A DNA stretch of 32,000 nucleotides from Candidatus Heimdallarchaeota archaeon (GTDB lineage: Archaea > Asgardarchaeota > Heimdallarchaeia > Heimdallarchaeales > Kariarchaeaceae). The position numbers were made by a program, and so were the translations under genes. Where the stretch lies: NCBI GenBank assembly GCA_030149205.1, contig JASBSB010000001.1, positions 330,001 to 362,000 of the forward strand, given 5' to 3'. A model generated the notes under the pieces. The model was not told the DNA's origin. It saw only the letters and a list, made by a program, of their open reading frames with translations, and did not search any database. Below, in pieces: positions 27,702 to 32,000 of this stretch (positions are counted from its first letter, which is position 1; each line of letters starts with the position of its first letter).

Positions 27702-28829
27702 CTATAGGTTTCCTCTTTCCTCTTGTTCTCGCTCAATTGCTTCGAATAAAGCTTTAAAATTTCCTTTGCCAAACCCTTCACTTCCTTTTCTTTGAATCAC
27801 CTCGAAAAAGAAGGTTGGGCGATCTTGAATTGGTTTGGTGAACAACTGAAGAAGATACCCTTTATCATCTCTGTCTACTAATATTCCATGTTCACTCAAT
27901 GCATTGATGTCCTCCTCTATATGTCCAACTCTCTCTGTTAGGTCTGAATAATAGGCTTTTGGTACATTTATAAATTCCACGCCTTGGCTACGCATTTGAT
28001 GTACGGTTTCAAGTATGTTATCTGTGCTTAAAGCCACGTGCTGAACACCTGCTCCATGGTAATAATTCACATACTCTTCTATCTGCGACATCTTCAAACC
28101 TTTAGCTGGTTCATTTATTGGCATTTTCACCTTTTGATTGTAACTTCTAACGACTTTTGACCGTAAGGTAGAATACTGAGTTGCTATATCTTTTTCTGAA
28201 AACTCGATAAAGTTGTCGAATCCAAAAACATTGTGATAAAATTGAATTGTTGGATCCATTTGGTTCCAGTTTACATTTCCAACGATATGGTCTATCCGAG
28301 TAACACCATTTTCTGGTAGATCTAATGGTGAAGTATACTGGTGATATCCTGGCATGTAAATTCCATCATATCCCTTTCTCTCGATGAATTTGTGAATAAC
28401 ATCTCCATATGTGGAAATTGATGAAACCTGAACCTCTCCAAATTCATCTTGAAGAGTAACAGGTTCTAAAACACTTTTTGCACCTCGATCAACTGCATTT
28501 GACCACGCCTTTCCTGCATCCCGTACAGTTAGCCCAATCGTTTTGACTCCATCCCCGTGGGTCATCTGGTGAGCTGCGATTTCACTTGAAGGGCTGTAGG
28601 GTGCGGATAATATAATTTTTGCTGAACCTTGTTGCATCACATACGACGCAAACTTACGATTCCCAGTTTTCAAGGTAGAAAATGCAACGGGTTTAAACCC
28701 TAATGCATGTTGGTAGTAGTAAGCTGCTTGGTAAGCATTTCCCACCCAAAATTCAACAGCATCAAAGTCTTCAACTGTTAATACATCAGTAGCATTTTTA
28801 ACCCCAGATTCTCGATCTAATTCTAACAT
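27702..28829 (-). CDS. hppD: 4-hydroxyphenylpyruvate dioxygenase
   Basis: FWVGNA, HGDGVK, IDHIVGNV, PINEPA, QIEEY, GVQHVAL, YLLQLFTKP, FEVIQRKGSEGFGKGNFKALFEAIEREQEERGNL. Confidence 0.97.
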   Translation of the reverse strand: MLELDRESGVKNATDVLTVEDFDAVEFWVGNAYQAAYYYQHALGFKPVAFSTLKTGNRKFASYVMQQGSAKIILSAPYSPSSEIAAHQMTHGDGVKTIGLTVRDAGKAWSNAVDRGAKSVLEPVTLQDEFGEVQVSSISTYGDVIHKFIERKGYDGIYMPGYHQYTSPLDLPENGVTRIDHIVGNVNWNQMDPTIQFYHNVFGFDNFIEFSEKDIATQYSTLRSKVVRSYNQKVKMPINEPAKGLKMSQIEEYVNYYHGAGVQHVALSTDNILETVHQMRSQGVEFINVPKAYYSDLTERVGHIEEDINALSEHGILVDRDDKGYLLQLFTKPIQDRPTFFFEVIQRKGSEGFGKGNFKALFEAIEREQEERGNL

Positions 28830-28884
28830 GTATTGAGATAAATTTCCATGTAATTAAAATTATGGATTTCAAGATGAACTGATC

Positions 28885-29943
28885 TTAGTCAAATGGTTTA
28901 TTCACAATGAATACTGGTTTAGCATTAACCTTGTATGAGATTGAAGAAACAAACAGTAATGTTAAAATTATATAGAGATTTATGGTGCTCAGAGTAAGCA
29001 ACCATGTTTTATCAAACCAATCAGTTGTAAGGAGACTCCTCAGAATCAAATTGCCAGTTTCTAAGGATACAGCAAAGCTTAAGAAGAATCTTCCAAATTC
29101 GATGCCTCTTAACAAAATTATCAGACCAAACATGTGGATTGAAAGAACGATTCCCCAGGCATAAGCTGCGTTTGTATATCCTCTGTAATATGCTAAAAAT
29201 CCAGCAACTATTGGAACCAAAAGTAAGGGAATTGAAAGCTTAATTGAATTAATGAATTCAACTCTATTCTCGTTCCATGTTTCTTTAAGATTCATAATGG
29301 AATACTTAATTTTACCTTTAACCGTTACAGGTTTATACGAAACCAAATAAATATATCTGTACCATTTGTGGTTCCTTCTAAATAAATATGCAAGTGGTGA
29401 ACTGACACTCTTATGATATTCAAACCCAACACTCAATATGTTCTCTTGTAAATCCTTTTCTAATTTTGGAACGTACAATGAGAGATAACGTATTTTGTCA
29501 GAATCCATCCAATTTTTAAGTTTTGAAAAGAATACCTGAGTAACATCTTCAAAATCAAAATCCTTGTCTACCACTAAGAATTCAAGGTAAGCTTCGCTCA
29601 GTCTTGGTTTGTATTCATCCCAAGTTGATAACAGAATCCCGGCTTTTAGTCCAGAAAACAAACCTAATGATTTTATCAGCTTCAAGTAAGAGATTCCTGA
29701 ATAAGATCTTTTTCTGTCAGAACGGATCTTGGAAGCACCGATTATATTCATTCCCTCTGTTATAACAATAATATCAGATATGTTTTCCTCGAAAAATCTT
29801 TTAAGCAATGATTTAACTTTAGTCGATGGTTGAGTGAAGATTCTTTGGTAGATATTTTCAGTGCCATTAAATATAAGGTCAACTATAGCCTCTGAATCTG
29901 ACCTTTTAGCGGACCGAACAATCGGCACATTGAATCTTTGCAT
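28885..29943 (-). CDS. Degenerate GNAT-like N-terminal domain fused to a C-terminal four-helix membrane domain
   Basis: IVRSAKRSDSEAIVDL, EAYLEFLVVD, SVGFEY; hydrophobic segments from IPLLLVPIVAGFLAYY to IILTLLFVSSI. Confidence 0.6.
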   Translation of the reverse strand: MQRFNVPIVRSAKRSDSEAIVDLIFNGTENIYQRIFTQPSTKVKSLLKRFFEENISDIIVITEGMNIIGASKIRSDRKRSYSGISYLKLIKSLGLFSGLKAGILLSTWDEYKPRLSEAYLEFLVVDKDFDFEDVTQVFFSKLKNWMDSDKIRYLSLYVPKLEKDLQENILSVGFEYHKSVSSPLAYLFRRNHKWYRYIYLVSYKPVTVKGKIKYSIMNLKETWNENRVEFINSIKLSIPLLLVPIVAGFLAYYRGYTNAAYAWGIVLSIHMFGLIILLRGIEFGRFFLSFAVSLETGNLILRSLLTTDWFDKTWLLTLSTINLYIILTLLFVSSISYKVNAKPVFIVNKPFD

Positions 29944-30001
29944 AACTAAAGCTTATGTTTAGATGGTCAAAATCACATAAAAAGATTCTTAATTAGGATT
30001 A

Positions 30002-30736
30002 TTACTTAGTAGAGGCTTGATGATATGAGTGTTTTTTTAGTAAAGATTCTACGAAGTTCGGGTCATTTTTGAGGAGTTTTATTAATCCAGACATTAATAG
30101 TACAGAATTTATTGCCGTGTAAGATAGCTTACTTACGTTATTTAAGTCTTCATTTGTCAACGTTTTAAGTTGTTCTTTAAACGTATTTTGAATTTGAGTT
30201 TCTAAATCAGTCATAAATTTAGCAAAATTAACCTCCACATTTTGCTCTATGGGTACCAATTTCAAAAGGGTAAGTAAGCCAATACCTTTCAATGACTGCT
30301 GATGTAATCCATCGTCCTTACAGGCTAGACAATCAGGGCCACAAAATGAATCAACATCATTTTCTTCTGAATTTTGGATGAAGAACACTTTTGCAGTCCT
30401 TCCCCAAATTTTCTCTGTTGCAGTCTGTCCCTGGGTAACTCTTTGACCCACCTCATCAATAACCCCTGTACTTTTCAACTCTCGAAGATATCTATAAATC
30501 GTCTTTTCAGATTTTAATTTTGAAGAGGAACCTGCATATGTGGGATACAATTCCACAATTTCCTTGACTGTAAAATTTCCATGTCGTAAAAGTGCTACAA
30601 TTGGATACCTTTCATTGCTTAAGAGCAGTTTAATAACATCTGGATTCGAGATAAACTCTATAGTTTTAGGGGCTTTATGAATGAAATCCTTACTAACTTT
30701 ATCAAATTCATTAAGTTCTGATGATCCATCATCCAC
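30002..30736 (-). CDS. Winged-helix (ArsR-like) transcriptional regulator
   Basis: IVALLRHGNFTVKEI...KSEKTIYRYLRELKSTGVIDEVGQR...TEKIWGRTAKVF; C-terminal CGPDCLAC; GTG start. Confidence 0.75.
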   Translation of the reverse strand: MDDGSSELNEFDKVSKDFIHKAPKTIEFISNPDVIKLLLSNERYPIVALLRHGNFTVKEIVELYPTYAGSSSKLKSEKTIYRYLRELKSTGVIDEVGQRVTQGQTATEKIWGRTAKVFFIQNSEENDVDSFCGPDCLACKDDGLHQQSLKGIGLLTLLKLVPIEQNVEVNFAKFMTDLETQIQNTFKEQLKTLTNEDLNNVSKLSYTAINSVLLMSGLIKLLKNDPNFVESLLKKHSYHQASTK

Positions 30737-30905
30737 AGTTTTAATGCGAGTTGAACTTTAAATAACTTATTAAAGGGTAAAATTGACAAATACTTAATTT
30801 TCTTATCAAAATTCCAATTAAGATATAATTTTTAGAATGCATTCTAATTTCTTGTGATTGTTCATATTTTTACAGAAACTTTGTCTTATTGAAAATATAA
30901 TAACA

Positions 30906-31009
30906 GTATATACGCTATTGTTCAAAATTTATCTCAATTGTATATGCGCGAAATTAGCTCATCATTAATTTTCTCAATTTATGAGAAACTATATATAGTT
31001 CATTGAGAA
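30906..31009. promoter_or_regulatory. Repeat-rich putative promoter/operator region between divergent regulators
   Basis: GTATAT(A/G)CGC at 30906 and 30940; TCTCAATT at 30932 and 30972; TTCTCA-N5-TGAGAA 30971-30987; palindrome AACTATATATAGTT 30987-31000; ATTGAGAA 31002-31009. Confidence 0.5.
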
Positions 31010-31032
31010 TATAATATTAGGAAGTGAAACTA

Positions 31033-31146
31033 ATGGATCAATTATTAGTGTCAATCATGAGTCAAAGCAGTCAGAATATCAGGATGTTTAATAGGGTACA
31101 GTCAAAGGATAAGAGAGCAGTTCTACCCAAAAGAAAGCTTAACTAA
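31033..31146 (+). CDS. Putative small ORF, 37 aa (MDQLLVSIMSQSSQNIRMFNRVQSKDKRAVLPKRKLN)
   Basis: ATG about 33 nt after the TATA-like palindrome; upstream AGGAAGTGA is SD-like; below the ORF-track cutoff. Confidence 0.3.
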   Translation: MDQLLVSIMSQSSQNIRMFNRVQSKDKRAVLPKRKLN

Positions 31147-31159
31147 GGAGGAGAAAAAA

Positions 31160-31267
31160 ATGATTACCAATATCCTATACATTATGGAAGACATAAACAA
31201 ATTTAAGGTTAACAAACCAGTAACATCTAGCAAGAAAATCATCAGCAAAAAAACAAACAACAGTTAA
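31160..31267 (+). CDS. Putative small ORF, 35 aa (MITNILYIMEDINKFKVNKPVTSSKKIISKKTNNS)
   Basis: Strong SD AGGAGG 31146-31151 overlapping the previous stop, 8 nt before ATG. Confidence 0.4.
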   Translation: MITNILYIMEDINKFKVNKPVTSSKKIISKKTNNS

Positions 31268-31364
31268 GTCAAAAGTTTTGTTTATCATCTAACATATTGA
31301 ACTAATTCATCATATAATTTAAAAGCTATGAATTGCTAAATAGATTGAATTAAGGATAACTGAG

Positions 31365-32000
31365 ATGAATTCCAAGGATATTAATTTAAAAGACCTGTTC
31401 CTAACGAATGAAATCATTGAAATTCCACAGCTAGAGTTCTCTAAATCTTATCTAGAGATGTTATTAAAACAAATTAAGAACAATCAAATTGGAGTTTTAA
31501 AGAGGTTTTTTGAATTCATCTCATTAAGTCCTGCGTCTTCTTTTATTGCAGCTAAAACATTTCTCTCTGATTCAGCAGTTCAATTAAAGGAGATTGTTGA
31601 AGAGTCCTCATATTCACAACCTGCGATTTCTCAAAGGTCGGCCCAGCTTGAAGAAATGGGTTTACTTCAACGAAGAAAGGGAAAGGAGAACCGAACTGTA
31701 GAGTTAGAATTGGAAGATTTTAACAAGATCATTTATAGGTTTCTGGATCAGATAATTAATAAAACTCTCAAACCCACAATAAGGGCTCAGCTTAAAATTA
31801 GGGAGACACTTGATCAACTAATTGCTGAATTACCGGTTGAAACTGTCGATAACCATGTACTATACGGTTATGCAAGTTTTAGAAATGACCTTACCTTTGT
31901 TATCAAACGTTTAGCTACAATACTTGAATGGATGATTAATTTGTCAAAGATTGAGGTGAAGGAACCAGAGGAGATTGATGAGTCCATGGTTTTAGAGATC
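31365..32000 (+). CDS. Winged-helix regulator, GbsR/MarR-like; 3' end truncated by window edge
   Basis: Not in the ORF track. Open for 212 codons from ATG 31365: ...VQLKEIVEESSYSQPAISQRSAQLEEMGLLQRRKGKENRTVEL... (HTH plus wing), then a helical C-terminal region. Confidence 0.75.
   Translation, partial: MNSKDINLKDLFLTNEIIEIPQLEFSKSYLEMLLKQIKNNQIGVLKRFFEFISLSPASSFIAAKTFLSDSAVQLKEIVEESSYSQPAISQRSAQLEEMGLLQRRKGKENRTVELELEDFNKIIYRFLDQIINKTLKPTIRAQLKIRETLDQLIAELPVETVDNHVLYGYASFRNDLTFVIKRLATILEWMINLSKIEVKEPEEIDESMVLEI

Noticed and set aside
21936-29164. Track ORFs 21936-22127, 24333-24521, 24698-24892, 25913-26110, 25930-26112, 26477-26698, 27135-27341 and 28982-29164
   Set aside because: Short antisense or out-of-frame ORFs nested in confident genes.
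30737-31364. tRNA, ncRNA, CRISPR array or IS in the long intergenic gap (and in other gaps)
   Set aside because: Very AT-rich, with no cloverleaf, no regularly spaced repeats, and no transposase or terminal inverted repeats.

Overview
AT-rich, gene-dense 32 kb window from an archaeon. The archaeal-type TrpRS, CDC48-type N-domain AAA ATPase, CofE, HTH/Zn-ribbon regulator and TATA-like boxes about 25-29 nt before many start codons support this. An Asgard (Heimdallarchaeia-like) origin is my inference. The left part (1.4-12.5 kb) is a CoA-thioester catabolic neighbourhood: two crotonase-family genes divergent from a tandem pair of short ferritin-like di-iron proteins, then a GNAT, an ALDH, an Hsp20 pair, an acyl-CoA ligase, a CMD protein, a frameshifted HugZ/PNPOx-like gene and an ILVBL/HACL2-like ThDP enzyme. 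The di-iron pair has features of both BoxB and PaaA, one crotonase looks like a stand-alone half of BoxC, and there is no reductase. The best candidate for an undescribed system is therefore a miniaturised Box/Paa-like aerobic aromatic ring epoxidation and cleavage module. The middle (12.6-20.2 kb) encodes a GT-C-like membrane protein plus two FtsX/MacB-type permeases (one of 1351 aa) with no adjacent ATPase. The right part has trpS-speB-cofE housekeeping genes, an AhpD-like protein, hmgA and hppD, a secreted NHL propeller, membrane proteins, two winged-helix regulators and an intergenic region with inverted repeats and two SD-led small ORFs. Two real genes run off the window edges and are missing from the ORF track (1-1319 minus, 31365-32000 plus). 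No rRNA, tRNA, CRISPR array or mobile element was seen. All family assignments come from recalled motifs, not database searches.
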